Shown here one piece after another: positions 33,528-44,008 of a stretch of DNA of 64,000 bases (position 1 is its first letter; each line of letters begins with the position of its first letter). Origin of the DNA: a virus (taxonomy: Duplodnaviria; Caudoviricetes); the IMG/VR virus record IMGVR_UViG_3300042888_002988, positions 1-64,000 of that record. One strand, written 5' to 3'. The position numbers and the translations under genes were made by a program. The notes below the pieces were generated by a model that worked only from the letters and a program-made list of their open reading frames with translations, was not told the DNA's origin and searched no databases.

Positions 33528-34100
33528 ATGATCAGAACCAAGTATTACAAACCCCAGGAGAAAAGCAGGCGAGCCAACGCTAGAGCCGAAGCAGACGCGA
33601 ACCAGCTCATGCTGGATTTCAACGCGGTCCGCGACGCTTTCGCCAAGCCAGCGGATGCCGTAGCCGCGGCGGACGTGGCATTGCAGGCTGCACGTGACGT
33701 TGTCATCGCGGCCTTGGATGAGTTCGGAAGAGTCGCGCGCAACATGGCAGCCGGCAGGGCCAGCAACCATGTTGTGGTACGCAACGATAAGTCACCGACG
33801 CCGTCCAAGCCACCACTCGACATCAAGGACGCCGAAGTCTACGAGACCCGGAAAGCTGTGCGCAGTATTGTGGGTAACCTCCGCATCCTGTGCTGTGTTG
33901 ACTGGTCGGAGATGTGGACGTTGGTTTACGACGAACACTACGCGCGCAGCCCTAATCGCTACCACCCGATAGCAGCCAGCCGGGGGCGCAAGTCGCACCT
34001 GGCAAAGGTCGTCAAGGACGGAGAGCTGTTCAACCTCTACGACACCGTAATCGCGATGTTGAAGGATGACCGCTTTCGCCGCCCGCAACGAGTCCCATAA
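33528..34100 (+). CDS. hypothetical protein, C-terminus resembles phage antirepressor ORF6C domain
   Basis: WSEMWTLVYDEH...KSHLAKV...GELFNL pattern; weak by-eye similarity. Confidence 0.45.
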   Translation: MIRTKYYKPQEKSRRANARAEADANQLMLDFNAVRDAFAKPADAVAAADVALQAARDVVIAALDEFGRVARNMAAGRASNHVVVRNDKSPTPSKPPLDIKDAEVYETRKAVRSIVGNLRILCCVDWSEMWTLVYDEHYARSPNRYHPIAASRGRKSHLAKVVKDGELFNLYDTVIAMLKDDRFRRPQRVP

Positions 34101-34111
34101 CCACCACCGAT

Positions 34112-34342
34112 ATGAAAAAAATCGTGAAAGCAACTATCGGCCCAATGCCGAGACCCATGCCGCAGGGCATGTTCGACCCGATGCCCACCGTCAAAGTTGA
34201 TTATGACGACGGCACCGAGGAAACGCTGTTCGAGTTCTATCCGGACGAGATCAGCTTTGGGGAGTCGCAGTTCGTGGGCCTGACCCGCGACGAGGCTCTG
34301 GAAGTCCGGCATAAGAAAGACGTCGCCTACATCAGGTCATGA
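34112..34342 (+). CDS. hypothetical protein
   Basis: 76-aa ORF. Confidence 0.65.
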   Translation: MKKIVKATIGPMPRPMPQGMFDPMPTVKVDYDDGTEETLFEFYPDEISFGESQFVGLTRDEALEVRHKKDVAYIRS

Positions 34343-35082
34343 GCCGCAGCCACTGGGACGACGTGCCGGGGCATCCGGTCGAGGACTGGCAGTATGAGGT
34401 GCGCAATGGCGATACGCGCCAAAGCTACACCGAGTGGGTCGCCGGTCGGGTCGATGCAGATCCAGACGAATACTGCCGCACCTGTTCCGAGCCCTACGAT
34501 GGGCACGGCGACGGTTACGACGGCGAGTGTCCTTCGTGCGCCGACAAGACCGAGGCCAAACGGCTGGAGGAAGAGGGAGGCTGCGGTGATGATGACGATG
34601 GCTGTCCGCCCAGAGAGCCATCTGAGACGCTGCAGATTCCGATTCCTCCGCCGGCCCCCAGGTTCACGCAGGAAGGTGTCAGCTACACGCTGTCTATGAC
34701 GTCCGCGCAAGCTGGCGTCGTGATGCTGGCCTGCGAGCTGTTCATGCGTATGCGAATGGGTCAGGTGCACAACTGCCTGAGCGAGCATCTACCGTGGTCC
34801 GGCAACTTCGTGAGTCAGCGCCACGAGGCACTGCGGGCTACCTGCAGATCACTCGGGCGATACCTGCGCGACAACATCAACGGCTACTCGTCGTCGTATG
34901 GTGTCACGTCGGAGAACCTCGATCCGCACGCCAAGGTGGCAGCCGACTTGCACGACGTGATCCGCTATCGACTAGCGTGGGACAGCGTGAAGGACAGCCG
35001 TGAACCCGGTCCGTTCGTTCAATACGACAAGCCGATGCACTGGGGAAGAGAACCGTTAGCAACTATCACCAAACAAGAATGA
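34339..35082 (+). CDS. hypothetical protein with zinc-finger motif
   Basis: CRTC...CPSC motifs. Confidence 0.65.
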   Translation: MSRSHWDDVPGHPVEDWQYEVRNGDTRQSYTEWVAGRVDADPDEYCRTCSEPYDGHGDGYDGECPSCADKTEAKRLEEEGGCGDDDDGCPPREPSETLQIPIPPPAPRFTQEGVSYTLSMTSAQAGVVMLACELFMRMRMGQVHNCLSEHLPWSGNFVSQRHEALRATCRSLGRYLRDNINGYSSSYGVTSENLDPHAKVAADLHDVIRYRLAWDSVKDSREPGPFVQYDKPMHWGREPLATITKQE

Positions 35083-35885
35083 AAATCAGAGTTCACGAAA
35101 TTGAATGTTACGTCGGCTACGCCAAGCCGATCTTCCGCGGTATCTACCTGCCGAAGATCGAAGCGGAGATCGCCGACGTGTGCCGCAAGGACTGGTCCGG
35201 CAGGGACTGGGATGGATACTGGGAGACCAAGGAGAAGGGCCTCACGGCGAAGCAGAAAGATGAACTGGAGGAGTCCGAAGGCTACGGTGAGGTGCCACCC
35301 ATCCCGTCAATGGACGCCGAAGTCATCGCCACCTACTTCTACGATAGCAATGAAGATTCTATTGCAGACGACGATGACGAGAGCGCCTACTGGATCTTCC
35401 GGAACTACTACGACTTGGACCTGAGTCCCGAGCCGGACGTTCCGATCGACCTGACCGTGGACACCAACCCGTTTACGGTCACAAGGGATGAGGCGGCGCG
35501 CAGCAAGGGCCGAGCCAAGAAGCGGCTGATCGAAGCTGGAGCGCACACCACTGGCACTCTCATGGAGGAGTCTGGCTTAGTGGGGGACGCCCTGGAAAGC
35601 TTCGTCATGCAGCTGACCGCCGCTGGGTTCCCGGTGCACCTGCCGGAGTTCAAGAATTGCTTGCGGGACTGCTGCGTGCGCATCGCGGACGAGATGGATA
35701 AGCCTACGGAAAGTATGGAGCTGGCGTTGTCCAACGCCGGCCTGCTGATCGGGCGCGATCTCGCCTACGAATCGTGGGTGGTTAATCGCATCGAAGGAGA
35801 ATCATGCGTGCTGGTGAAAGGCCAGCCCACATGCGGATTCAAGACCCGCAACGAAGCGGTGGCGTTTGCTTTCGAGCTGACCTGA
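35079..35885 (+). CDS. hypothetical protein
   Basis: 268-aa coupled ORF. Confidence 0.65.
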   Translation: MKIRVHEIECYVGYAKPIFRGIYLPKIEAEIADVCRKDWSGRDWDGYWETKEKGLTAKQKDELEESEGYGEVPPIPSMDAEVIATYFYDSNEDSIADDDDESAYWIFRNYYDLDLSPEPDVPIDLTVDTNPFTVTRDEAARSKGRAKKRLIEAGAHTTGTLMEESGLVGDALESFVMQLTAAGFPVHLPEFKNCLRDCCVRIADEMDKPTESMELALSNAGLLIGRDLAYESWVVNRIEGESCVLVKGQPTCGFKTRNEAVAFAFELT

Positions 35886-35947
35886 CCACCACGACAACAA
35901 AGCCAGATTGAGGAGTATTAAACGCAAATTATTTACAACCATAGAAC

Positions 35948-37765
35948 ATGTCCAAAGTTACCACTGAGCGGCGCACCATGCGCGCCCACAACAACCTCGT
36001 CCTGCAAGTGATCAAGTCGCAAGCAGGCACCTTGTCCAAAGCCATCCTGGAGGGCGTCATGAACTCCATCGACCAGGAGGCTCCCAACATCATCGTGACC
36101 ATCGGTGCGGATCGGGTCCGCATCGAGGACGACGGCAAAGGCTTCGCCGGCCAGGTCGTCAAAGACGTGTTCGAAGAGTTCGGCAACCCCCATCCGATGG
36201 ATGACGAGGGCTTTGCCAAGGACACGAAGTTCGGCAAGTTCCGGATCGGACGCGGGCAGATGTTCGCGTTCGGCAAGAACGTCTGGCGCTCGGCTGAGTT
36301 CCAGATGACCACCGACATCGACAACATGGGACTCGAATACGATTACGAGGAGGGTCACACCTTCCAGCCGGGTTGTATCGTCGAGATCTCACTCTACGAG
36401 GCGCTGTCGCTCCGGGAGATCCAGAACACCATCGACCAGATCACCCGGTTCTGCCGCTACACGGAGAGCAACCTGGTGGTGAACGGCGAGAGCATCGCGG
36501 TGGATCCCGCCAAGCTCAAGTGGGACGTGGTCACCCCCGAAGCCTACATCAAGAAGAAGGTGGTCGAGCACCGCTGGCGTGGGGGCACAGGACTGGACGT
36601 CTACCAGCAGGGTGTCTTTGTCGAGACTCTGCCGACGTCCGAGTTCGGGCTCGAGGGGACGATCGTCATCCGCCAGGAGGTCAGCGTCAACTTCGCCCGC
36701 AACCAGGTCCTTCGCCGGTGCAAGCGCTGGAAGAAGATCGCGGCTCTGCTCAAGGAGGAGGGCATCAAGGACATCGCGAAGAAGTCCAAGCTGACCCGTC
36801 AAGAGGCCCGCAACTTTGTTGAGGAGTTCTCCGGCGGCGAGGGAGGCGTTTCCTACAACACGTTCTTCTCGACGGCGTGCATGCCTGACATCACCGGCAA
36901 GATGTGGTCGGCGGAGCAGCTGCTCAAGCTGATCAACTCGAACGCCAAGGTGCCGAAGATCCTGCGTGACGAAGACGGCCGCCTTCGCCTGGGCTTCGCT
37001 CCCAAGGGCGACCGTGAGGCCGAGAAGGTGATGCAGATGCGCCGGGCTGTGGTGCTGGACGAAGTGGTGCTGGAGCAGTTGCGGGTGGATCACATCGCGG
37101 ATCTCGCCGAGCAAGGACTGGCGGCCGTGCGTGCCATCTCCGGCCTCGACATGACCGGCGCTGCGCCGCCCAACCACTACGACCGTTTCCGCGGCAACCT
37201 GGTATGGCGTGACTACCGCGCGCTGCTGGAAGACGTGGACGACCGGGACTACCACCGCTTCAGCGCTGACGAGTTCACACCGCGCGAGGATGACTTCCTG
37301 CGTTGCGTGGACCAAATCATGCGCAGCTTGGACAGCCACATGCATGGGTGGCAGGATCGTGAGAACCGGTCCGCCGGTATTGGCGCCTCGGCCCTCAGCG
37401 ATGCCTGGACTGACGGCGCAACCTACATCACCTTCGACCGTGAGTTCGTCTCCAAGCTCGACCTGGGCATGGAACGCGACTGGTTCAAGGTGGGTCTGCA
37501 GATTGCCAAGCTCTACGCCTACCGTGAGGACAGCACCAAGAGCGGCGACATCGAGGACGGTATCGAGTATCTGCAGTGCTATGCTGATCTCACGAAGATG
37601 CTGCCGGACGCCTGCCGTCACGCCTACCAGATCTGCGTGACACTGATGTCCCGGCGTGCCGGTAAGCTGCCCAAGTCGATGCAGAACAACATCAACAAGG
37701 AAGCGGAAACGCACGCCACGCTGATGGTCGCGTATCAGGACCCCGCCACCTTCCTCGCCAACTGA
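35948..37765 (+). CDS. GHKL (HSP90/MORC-like) ATPase domain protein
   Basis: EGVMNSIDQ (N-box), IEDDGKGF (G1), FGKFRIGRG (G2). Confidence 0.85.
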   Translation: MSKVTTERRTMRAHNNLVLQVIKSQAGTLSKAILEGVMNSIDQEAPNIIVTIGADRVRIEDDGKGFAGQVVKDVFEEFGNPHPMDDEGFAKDTKFGKFRIGRGQMFAFGKNVWRSAEFQMTTDIDNMGLEYDYEEGHTFQPGCIVEISLYEALSLREIQNTIDQITRFCRYTESNLVVNGESIAVDPAKLKWDVVTPEAYIKKKVVEHRWRGGTGLDVYQQGVFVETLPTSEFGLEGTIVIRQEVSVNFARNQVLRRCKRWKKIAALLKEEGIKDIAKKSKLTRQEARNFVEEFSGGEGGVSYNTFFSTACMPDITGKMWSAEQLLKLINSNAKVPKILRDEDGRLRLGFAPKGDREAEKVMQMRRAVVLDEVVLEQLRVDHIADLAEQGLAAVRAISGLDMTGAAPPNHYDRFRGNLVWRDYRALLEDVDDRDYHRFSADEFTPREDDFLRCVDQIMRSLDSHMHGWQDRENRSAGIGASALSDAWTDGATYITFDREFVSKLDLGMERDWFKVGLQIAKLYAYREDSTKSGDIEDGIEYLQCYADLTKMLPDACRHAYQICVTLMSRRAGKLPKSMQNNINKEAETHATLMVAYQDPATFLAN

Positions 37766-37965
37766 TGAAGTATCAAGTGGTCGTAGGCAATATCGGCACC
37801 GTCTATGACGGTAACTCGTATCTACTGGCGATCCGCACCTACGGTGAATACGTCGATCAGTCGAAGACCAACTATGGGAGGGCTGCCGGGGAACCGGTGG
37901 CCCTCTTTGAGGACGGAGAAATTATCAAGGAGCTGGAAAAGCATGAACCTGAACCACCTGATTGA
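37765..37965 (+). CDS. hypothetical protein
   Basis: TGATG-coupled 66-aa ORF. Confidence 0.6.
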   Translation: MKYQVVVGNIGTVYDGNSYLLAIRTYGEYVDQSKTNYGRAAGEPVALFEDGEIIKELEKHEPEPPD

Positions 37966-38233
37966 TCTGGCTCGCCTTTTGCGGACCTTGAAGTTGTCCC
38001 CGCTGCGTGCCGCCTGCTTGGTCCTCATCCAGAAGAACGAGCAGCGCGGCATTCCTTTGAGACACCTGGCTACCATGCTGGGTGTCTCATTGGCCGGCGC
38101 CAAGATGACCATGCGCCGGCTGGAGGAGGAAGGCTACCTGAAGCTGCTGCCGAAACGCGGCACCAAGAGGGTAAAACTCTACGAGGTCACCGAAGCGGGC
38201 GTAGGCGCCCTCATCCAACTTGAGCAAGTATGA
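37943..38233 (+). CDS. MarR-like winged-helix protein
   Basis: IPLRHLATMLGVSLAGAKMTMRRLEEEGYL...YEVTEAG. Confidence 0.7.
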   Translation: MNLNHLIDLARLLRTLKLSPLRAACLVLIQKNEQRGIPLRHLATMLGVSLAGAKMTMRRLEEEGYLKLLPKRGTKRVKLYEVTEAGVGALIQLEQV

Positions 38234-38763
38234 AAAAGAATAGACGAACCACCCTGATGCCGGGAGGCATGCCAAAGTATATCCGCTGCTACGACAATGG
38301 TGGCGGGTTCAAAAGATTCTGTAGGTGCTGCCTGCACTTCACTGACGCCGAGGTCTGCGACTCCCTAGTACCGAACCCTAAGCACCCGGAACGCAAGTCA
38401 TGCGGCCACAAAACGATACCTGCCGGTAAAGGGACGTTCGACCGCTACACCGTGGTGTTTACCGGCAACTTCAAGGGCCGCAACCATCGCACGTTCTACG
38501 TGGGGATGAGTCGCGACCCTTTCCACCCGCAGGGCTTCGGCCAGCACGGGGATACTGAGGAGCCATTCGACTCGCCAGGTTGCAGCCGGCCCGCGGCCGT
38601 CGGTAACAAGGCCAAGTGGGGTAATGGCGACAGCCGCCGCATCACGTTCCAACGCCTGACTCCTGAGGGTCAGCGGTTGGTGATACGCGACTACATGGCG
38701 ATCTGGGGAATCAACAAATACATCCAAACCGAATTCAATCTGTGCCAAACACCAACTGCCTAG
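38230..38763 (+). CDS. hypothetical protein (YDNGG...DRYTV family)
   Basis: 177 aa; RCYDNGG, FDRYTVVF and HPQGFGQH motifs. Confidence 0.6.
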   Translation: MKKNRRTTLMPGGMPKYIRCYDNGGGFKRFCRCCLHFTDAEVCDSLVPNPKHPERKSCGHKTIPAGKGTFDRYTVVFTGNFKGRNHRTFYVGMSRDPFHPQGFGQHGDTEEPFDSPGCSRPAAVGNKAKWGNGDSRRITFQRLTPEGQRLVIRDYMAIWGINKYIQTEFNLCQTPTA

Positions 38764-39419
38764 AGCACCGTCAATGTCCGCAATGCCAGCAGACCGATAG
38801 ATTCGACATCACCGCTACAGCCACCTTCCGTCTCCTCGACGACGGCACGGAATACCATGGCGACGTGGAGTATGATGAAGACAACGCAGCCGCCTGCCCC
38901 GATTGTGGGTGGAGCGGTAAGTGGGGAGAGACGCAGATGAAGCTCTGCATGCACTGCCAGGAGCCCGTGCTGATCCGTGTGAGTGACCAGCTGCTCGTGC
39001 ATGCGGACGAGGACGAAGACCCGTCGGTGGAAGACTACGGCTGGGTGCAATGCTCCGGCGGCGAGACGAATGCCGATCTGGCGCCCCCGCCACCGGCCAC
39101 CAAGCAACGCTTCTGGGCGTCGTGGCTGCAGCCGACCGAGGACTATCGTGCCGTCACCTTCCCACCCAACGAGGCCATCATCGGCTACTGGTGCAGTGGG
39201 TATGCGAGCGGGGCGAACGACGAGGCGGTCCCGATCCTGTGCGCCGTGGTCGACGCGGCGGACGAAGAAGCTGCCGCTGAAGCCGTAAAGAAGGACTGGC
39301 CCGAGTGGCCGGAGTGGCGGTTCATCGAGCCACGCCACCCGGACTTCAAACCCGGCGACCGGTTCCCAATCGAGTCGGAGTGGATGCAGAAAAGATTCAA
39401 CCATAAACCAACCACATGA
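38742..39419 (+). CDS. hypothetical protein with multiple CxxC motifs
   Basis: CPQC, CPDC and CMHC motifs. Confidence 0.6.
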   Translation: MPNTNCLEHRQCPQCQQTDRFDITATATFRLLDDGTEYHGDVEYDEDNAAACPDCGWSGKWGETQMKLCMHCQEPVLIRVSDQLLVHADEDEDPSVEDYGWVQCSGGETNADLAPPPPATKQRFWASWLQPTEDYRAVTFPPNEAIIGYWCSGYASGANDEAVPILCAVVDAADEEAAAEAVKKDWPEWPEWRFIEPRHPDFKPGDRFPIESEWMQKRFNHKPTT

Positions 39420-39934
39420 TTCAGATCAGAACCACAATGCCGACACCGGACGGCGAAATCACTCCGGAGTTCCGCCGCGACATGGCTGCCGCCTTTGCGC
39501 GGTTCATGCCGGACTACCACATGCACAAGGGCTCGGTGCCCTACCCCGTGCAGCATGAGGACGGGCCCTACGTCATCGACGGCAACAACAACTGGTGGTG
39601 CCGCGTCGACGAGGATGACGGCCAGCTCATCACCCTCGAATACCGCGACGAATCCCGCAACCCAGGGCGCGAGTTCGCGTTTGCCAACTGGGTGCTGCGC
39701 TGCCGTCAGGGCTGGGAGCGCGTGCCGGCCGCTCACGCTGGTAACGGCGTCTCTCTGCGCGTCAGCGTGGACATGGATGTGAAGCTGCCACGCAAGTTCG
39801 ATGCCGAAGAGCTGGTCACCATCAGCTTCGAGATCCCAATCGATGCTGTCGGCGTGTTCATCGACTCCCAGCTCATTCTTGGGGCCAAGGTGACTGGCTA
39901 CACCACGCAAGCGGATGTGGAGGTGACGTCGTGA
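39416..39934 (+). CDS. hypothetical protein
   Basis: 172-aa coupled ORF. Confidence 0.6.
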   Translation: MIQIRTTMPTPDGEITPEFRRDMAAAFARFMPDYHMHKGSVPYPVQHEDGPYVIDGNNNWWCRVDEDDGQLITLEYRDESRNPGREFAFANWVLRCRQGWERVPAAHAGNGVSLRVSVDMDVKLPRKFDAEELVTISFEIPIDAVGVFIDSQLILGAKVTGYTTQADVEVTS

Positions 39935-40392
39935 GCGGTGAACTCTACGACCTGCCGGGGCTTGAGGTTGGTGACCCGCTCATGGCGGAGGCGATGACCT
40001 CGCACACCCTGGTGGGCTACCGTGACGGCCCCTACCCGATGGCGAGCGGCAACTGCTTCTCGGTGCGCGTCGACCCCGGCGAGGAATACAGGATCGTCAA
40101 CTTTGGCTACGAGAACCTCAGGGAGGCCATCCGCCGCGGAATAACGTGGCCGATCCAGATCCTGCCGATCGCCCTGAAGCTGGCCGTCATCCACGACACC
40201 CGGATCCCGGACTCTTGGTATTCGAAACAGTGGTGTGAGACATGCTGCCCCACGCGGTTCCTGCCGCCGCCGCAGAGACTCGCGCACCTGCGTGACATCG
40301 AGAGGGGACACCGTATAGAGACGGGCACCACGGTGCAGTATCCGCTGCCTCGCAATCACCCAGTGCTCGCCGAGCCGGAGGTGAAGTCGTGA
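39931..40392 (+). CDS. hypothetical protein
   Basis: 153-aa coupled ORF. Confidence 0.6.
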   Translation: MSGELYDLPGLEVGDPLMAEAMTSHTLVGYRDGPYPMASGNCFSVRVDPGEEYRIVNFGYENLREAIRRGITWPIQILPIALKLAVIHDTRIPDSWYSKQWCETCCPTRFLPPPQRLAHLRDIERGHRIETGTTVQYPLPRNHPVLAEPEVKS

Positions 40393-40766
40393 GCGTGAAG
40401 AATCACCGGCGCAGGTTCATTGACGCCAACGCACGCCTGAGGCGCGGGCGGAGGCTCTACGTGTTCCTGTGTCGGCACGCGGTGCATGCATCGACGGACG
40501 ACAGCGTGCTCATCCACATGTCGAACCGCATGATGAAGGCCGGGCTCTACGCTGCGCACGTCCACCTGCGGGACGACCGGGCGCGCGCCGCCCAGAGCCG
40601 GGACTACCGGTATCGGATCGCGCGGTGGATGTTCAACATCGAGCGCGGTTCGTATGGCCAGGCAAGGCCGCGAGAGTGGACCGACTGGTTGCGCGCCAAT
40701 GGGTTCAGCTGGAACTTCCACAAGCTCTGCGCCCGAGGACAGATGAAGGACAAAATCGCCGGATGA
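40389..40766 (+). CDS. hypothetical basic protein
   Basis: 125-aa coupled ORF. Confidence 0.6.
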   Translation: MSVKNHRRRFIDANARLRRGRRLYVFLCRHAVHASTDDSVLIHMSNRMMKAGLYAAHVHLRDDRARAAQSRDYRYRIARWMFNIERGSYGQARPREWTDWLRANGFSWNFHKLCARGQMKDKIAG

Positions 40767-41122
40767 ACCGGTCACGTATTCCACCTATGAAAAAGAAAAT
40801 CACCAAGGATCAGGCGATCCAACTGCTGGACATGGCGAAGGCCGTTGTCGTCGATGAGGAGGGCGTCTGTGGCGTCTGCTTTCACAATACCTACGAGGAG
40901 GCGGCGGACGTCGGCGACATGTGGCTTGAGGCACGCTTCGAGGACAGCGACGGACGCGAGTTCGAGTTCGAGGTCACCGAGGCTGAAGGCATCACTTGGG
41001 ACGGGACTACCCTGACTGTGGTCCACGAGGACGAGGAGCTGACATTCCTCCCGCTCGTGTCCGCCAGGATGATTCCAGACTTCGTGAAGCGGAGCAACGA
41101 ACTGCTGGCACCACGCGAATAG
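40763..41122 (+). CDS. hypothetical acidic protein
   Basis: ATGA-coupled ORF. Confidence 0.6.
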   Translation: MNRSRIPPMKKKITKDQAIQLLDMAKAVVVDEEGVCGVCFHNTYEEAADVGDMWLEARFEDSDGREFEFEVTEAEGITWDGTTLTVVHEDEELTFLPLVSARMIPDFVKRSNELLAPRE

Positions 41123-41132
41123 AACAACACCT

Positions 41133-41402
41133 ATGGCTAAGACCACCACCGAAGTAATGCGGGCCGTGGCGCAGGTTATTGACAAGGAAATCAATGACGT
41201 GCGCCAGGAGGAACGCCTGCAGGCCATCACGGACGTCAGTGGCGTCCTGACGTGGCTGCATACGGAACCGCCCCCGACGATCGAACAGCTCAGGGAATGG
41301 ACTCTTCTGGAGTTCGCCCGAGCATCAGCCCGCTGCGATGCCGGCAGCGGGATCCGCAAACAGATATTCCACTATCGAAACCTACCCAAACCACCACCGT
41401 GA
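41133..41402 (+). CDS. hypothetical protein
   Basis: 89-aa ORF. Confidence 0.6.
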   Translation: MAKTTTEVMRAVAQVIDKEINDVRQEERLQAITDVSGVLTWLHTEPPPTIEQLREWTLLEFARASARCDAGSGIRKQIFHYRNLPKPPP

Positions 41403-43708
41403 ACAACCTACTCGAAACCAACCGCAGTATCACCGAGCGCACGCTCATCGAGGCCAACGAGGCCTACCACAACGGCACGCCCATCATGAGCGACGCCGAA
41501 TACGACATCCTATGGAGAGGTCACCAGGCATCCCGCAAGGAGAGCCCCAACGATTCGTTCTGGAAGGACACCATCCTCGACAAGGTCGGTGCATCACCAC
41601 GCCCGGCATCCGGGTTCGCCAAGGTGGTGCACGCCGTCAAGATGGAGTCGCTGGACAATGCGTTCGCCGGCCCCAATGGTGAAGTGGACTCCGTCACGCA
41701 ATGGCTGGCGAGGTTGGACCTCGGCAATATGGCCGACCAGTGCCGCATCGTCCTCGAGCCCAAGATTGACGGAGCGAGCCTGCGCCTGACCTACATCAAC
41801 AACAAGTTCGTCCGCGCGGTGACCCGCGGCAACGGTGAGATCGGCGACGACGTGACAGCCAACGTGCTGGCCGCCGAGCTGGTGCCGCTGACCCTGGGTG
41901 ACATGAACGAAGCTGAGTTCATGGATCCTGCCGAGCTGCTCATCAATGGTGAGGTGTTCATGACGTATGGTTCCTTCGCGCATCTCAACGTGATGCAGAG
42001 GAAGGCGGGCGAGGAGGAGTATTCCAACCCTCGCAACGCGGCGGCCGGCATCCTGCGCCGCAAGAACCCCGCCGAAGTGCGCGACCAGGGGCTGTCGTTC
42101 CTGGCTCACGGCATCGCAGCCGGCCAGCTCGGGGATTCATATTCCGCGGAAGTGCTGCGCCTGGAGCGGCTAGGTTTCCGGTTCCCTGAGTCGAAGGTCA
42201 TACTAGCCGACGGTCAAACACCTGACGGACGCCTTGGCATTGCGTGGCTCCAGGCGCTGGCCCATCAGTATTACCCGACTGACGGTGTCGTGCTGAAGGT
42301 GGACCAGTTCAAACTCCGCGCAGCACTCGGCAGCACGTCCCGTGCGCCCAAGTGGGCTATTGCGTTCAAGTTCGCCCAGGAGGAGGTCGAGACGACGCTG
42401 AGGGCAATCACCGTCCAGGTGGGCCGCAGCGGCATCCTGGCCCCCGTGGCGGAGCTGGAGCCGGTCGAAGTGGACGGTAGCGTGATCAGTCGCGCCACTC
42501 TGCATAACGAGGATCAGATCAACCGCCTGTATCTGAAGGTGGGCGACCGCGTTGCCATCCGCAAGGCTGCCGGTGTCATCCCGGAGATCGTTCGTTCGAT
42601 TGAGGGCGAGAAAGCCATCGCGGAGACTGTGGCAACCCTGCGCAGCGTCGAAGGACGCGGTGAGACGATGTCCGACGAAGAAGTGCGCCAAGCGCTGGTG
42701 GAGACGGGGCGCTTCTTCCGCCTGCTGGATCACATCGGCGGCAAGTGCCCGAGCTGCGGCAGCACGGAGATCGAGAAGCAGGAGATCCTGCCGGCCGGCC
42801 GTGCCGTCGGCAAATCCACCAGCCTTCCCAAGCTGCAGGTGGCGTGGCGCTGCGCCAACACCGCCGGGTGCAAGGCGCAGCTGGCTGGTCGCATCGAGCA
42901 CATGGCCAGCCGCGACTGTCTGAACCTGTCCCAGATGGGATCGGAACTGTGCGCGGAGATCGCCTTCAGGGCTGGATTAGAACTCGACAACTTCGAACAC
43001 CCGTTCGATCTGTTCGACGTGCCGACCTCGTGGTTTGCGAACCTGTCTTGGACGACTGAGTCCGGCGGTAAGATGACCTTCGGGGAGTCCCGCGCCACGA
43101 CGCTGAAGCTGGCGATGGAGGCCGCCAAGACGCTGCCGCTGCGGCACTGGATCGCAGCGTTGGGTATTCACACCATCGGTAAGAACACATCGAAGGAGAT
43201 CACACGCCTGGTGGCTTCACGTGGCGCGCTGCTGCAGTCCTGCACTCCGGAGTATGGATTGTTCGTGCGCATGCTGCGCACCTTCCGTGAAACGCCCAAC
43301 GCGGGCGAATACGCGGAGCTCAAGCAGCAGTATGCGGTCAGCCATCACCTCGGCCCCGTATCGCTTCAGCACCTAGTCGAGTTCGTCAACAGCTCAGCAG
43401 GTGCTTACGCCCTATCACGCATCCCGGACGCGGCTAGGTCGGACAATCACAATCCCGAGCCGTCAGGTGCGCCGCAGGGCGGTCCATTGGCTGGTAAGAC
43501 CTTCGTGGTCACCGGGACACTGAGCGAGCCGCGGAACAGCATCCACGCTGCGATCGAGGCGGCTGGCGGCATCGTCGCCAGCACCATCTCTGCGAAGACG
43601 AACGTCCTAGTGGCGGGCGACAAGGCTGGCAGCAAGATGGCCAAGGCAGCCAAGCTGGGCGTGGAGGTGTGGAACGAGGAACGCTTCCGGAAGGAGGTGG
43701 CGTCGTGA
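41399..43708 (+). CDS. ligA: NAD-dependent DNA ligase
   Basis: Ia domain DAEYD, EPKIDG, TRGNG, RNAAAG, DGVVLK, PKWAIAFKF, QVGRSG, ATLHN, C4 zinc finger, and BRCT GKTFVVTGTL. Confidence 0.97.
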   Translation: MNNLLETNRSITERTLIEANEAYHNGTPIMSDAEYDILWRGHQASRKESPNDSFWKDTILDKVGASPRPASGFAKVVHAVKMESLDNAFAGPNGEVDSVTQWLARLDLGNMADQCRIVLEPKIDGASLRLTYINNKFVRAVTRGNGEIGDDVTANVLAAELVPLTLGDMNEAEFMDPAELLINGEVFMTYGSFAHLNVMQRKAGEEEYSNPRNAAAGILRRKNPAEVRDQGLSFLAHGIAAGQLGDSYSAEVLRLERLGFRFPESKVILADGQTPDGRLGIAWLQALAHQYYPTDGVVLKVDQFKLRAALGSTSRAPKWAIAFKFAQEEVETTLRAITVQVGRSGILAPVAELEPVEVDGSVISRATLHNEDQINRLYLKVGDRVAIRKAAGVIPEIVRSIEGEKAIAETVATLRSVEGRGETMSDEEVRQALVETGRFFRLLDHIGGKCPSCGSTEIEKQEILPAGRAVGKSTSLPKLQVAWRCANTAGCKAQLAGRIEHMASRDCLNLSQMGSELCAEIAFRAGLELDNFEHPFDLFDVPTSWFANLSWTTESGGKMTFGESRATTLKLAMEAAKTLPLRHWIAALGIHTIGKNTSKEITRLVASRGALLQSCTPEYGLFVRMLRTFRETPNAGEYAELKQQYAVSHHLGPVSLQHLVEFVNSSAGAYALSRIPDAARSDNHNPEPSGAPQGGPLAGKTFVVTGTLSEPRNSIHAAIEAAGGIVASTISAKTNVLVAGDKAGSKMAKAAKLGVEVWNEERFRKEVAS

Positions 43709-43962
43709 ACCTGTCCGACCTGACCCCGGAACAACTGAAGCAGGCGCTCTATCACTTCCGCGGCGCAGTGCTTGCTCGCACGCAGCAGTGGGACCACGAG
43801 CGCAAGATCGAGCTATTGCTGGGCGAGCGCGAGATCGAACTGAACATCGAGGACATCGCTGGATGCGTTGATGGTGACTCGTTCGACATGACCCCCGATG
43901 ATCTGGCGGGCATCATCGACCTCGACGAGCTGGTCGCCGCGATACCCGAGGAGACCGAATAA
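43705..43962 (+). CDS. hypothetical protein
   Basis: AAGGAGGT Shine-Dalgarno; GTGA overlap. Confidence 0.6.
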   Translation: MNLSDLTPEQLKQALYHFRGAVLARTQQWDHERKIELLLGEREIELNIEDIAGCVDGDSFDMTPDDLAGIIDLDELVAAIPEETE

Positions 43963-43969
43963 ACACACT

Positions 43970-44003
43970 GGCCGGTCCCGGCAACGGGGCCGGCCTTCCC
44001 TTT
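43970..44003 (+). terminator. probable terminator hairpin
   Basis: 11-bp stem GGCCGGTCCCG/CGGGGCCGGCC, GCAA tetraloop, then TTCCCTTT. Confidence 0.6.
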
Positions 44004-44008
44004 CCAAT

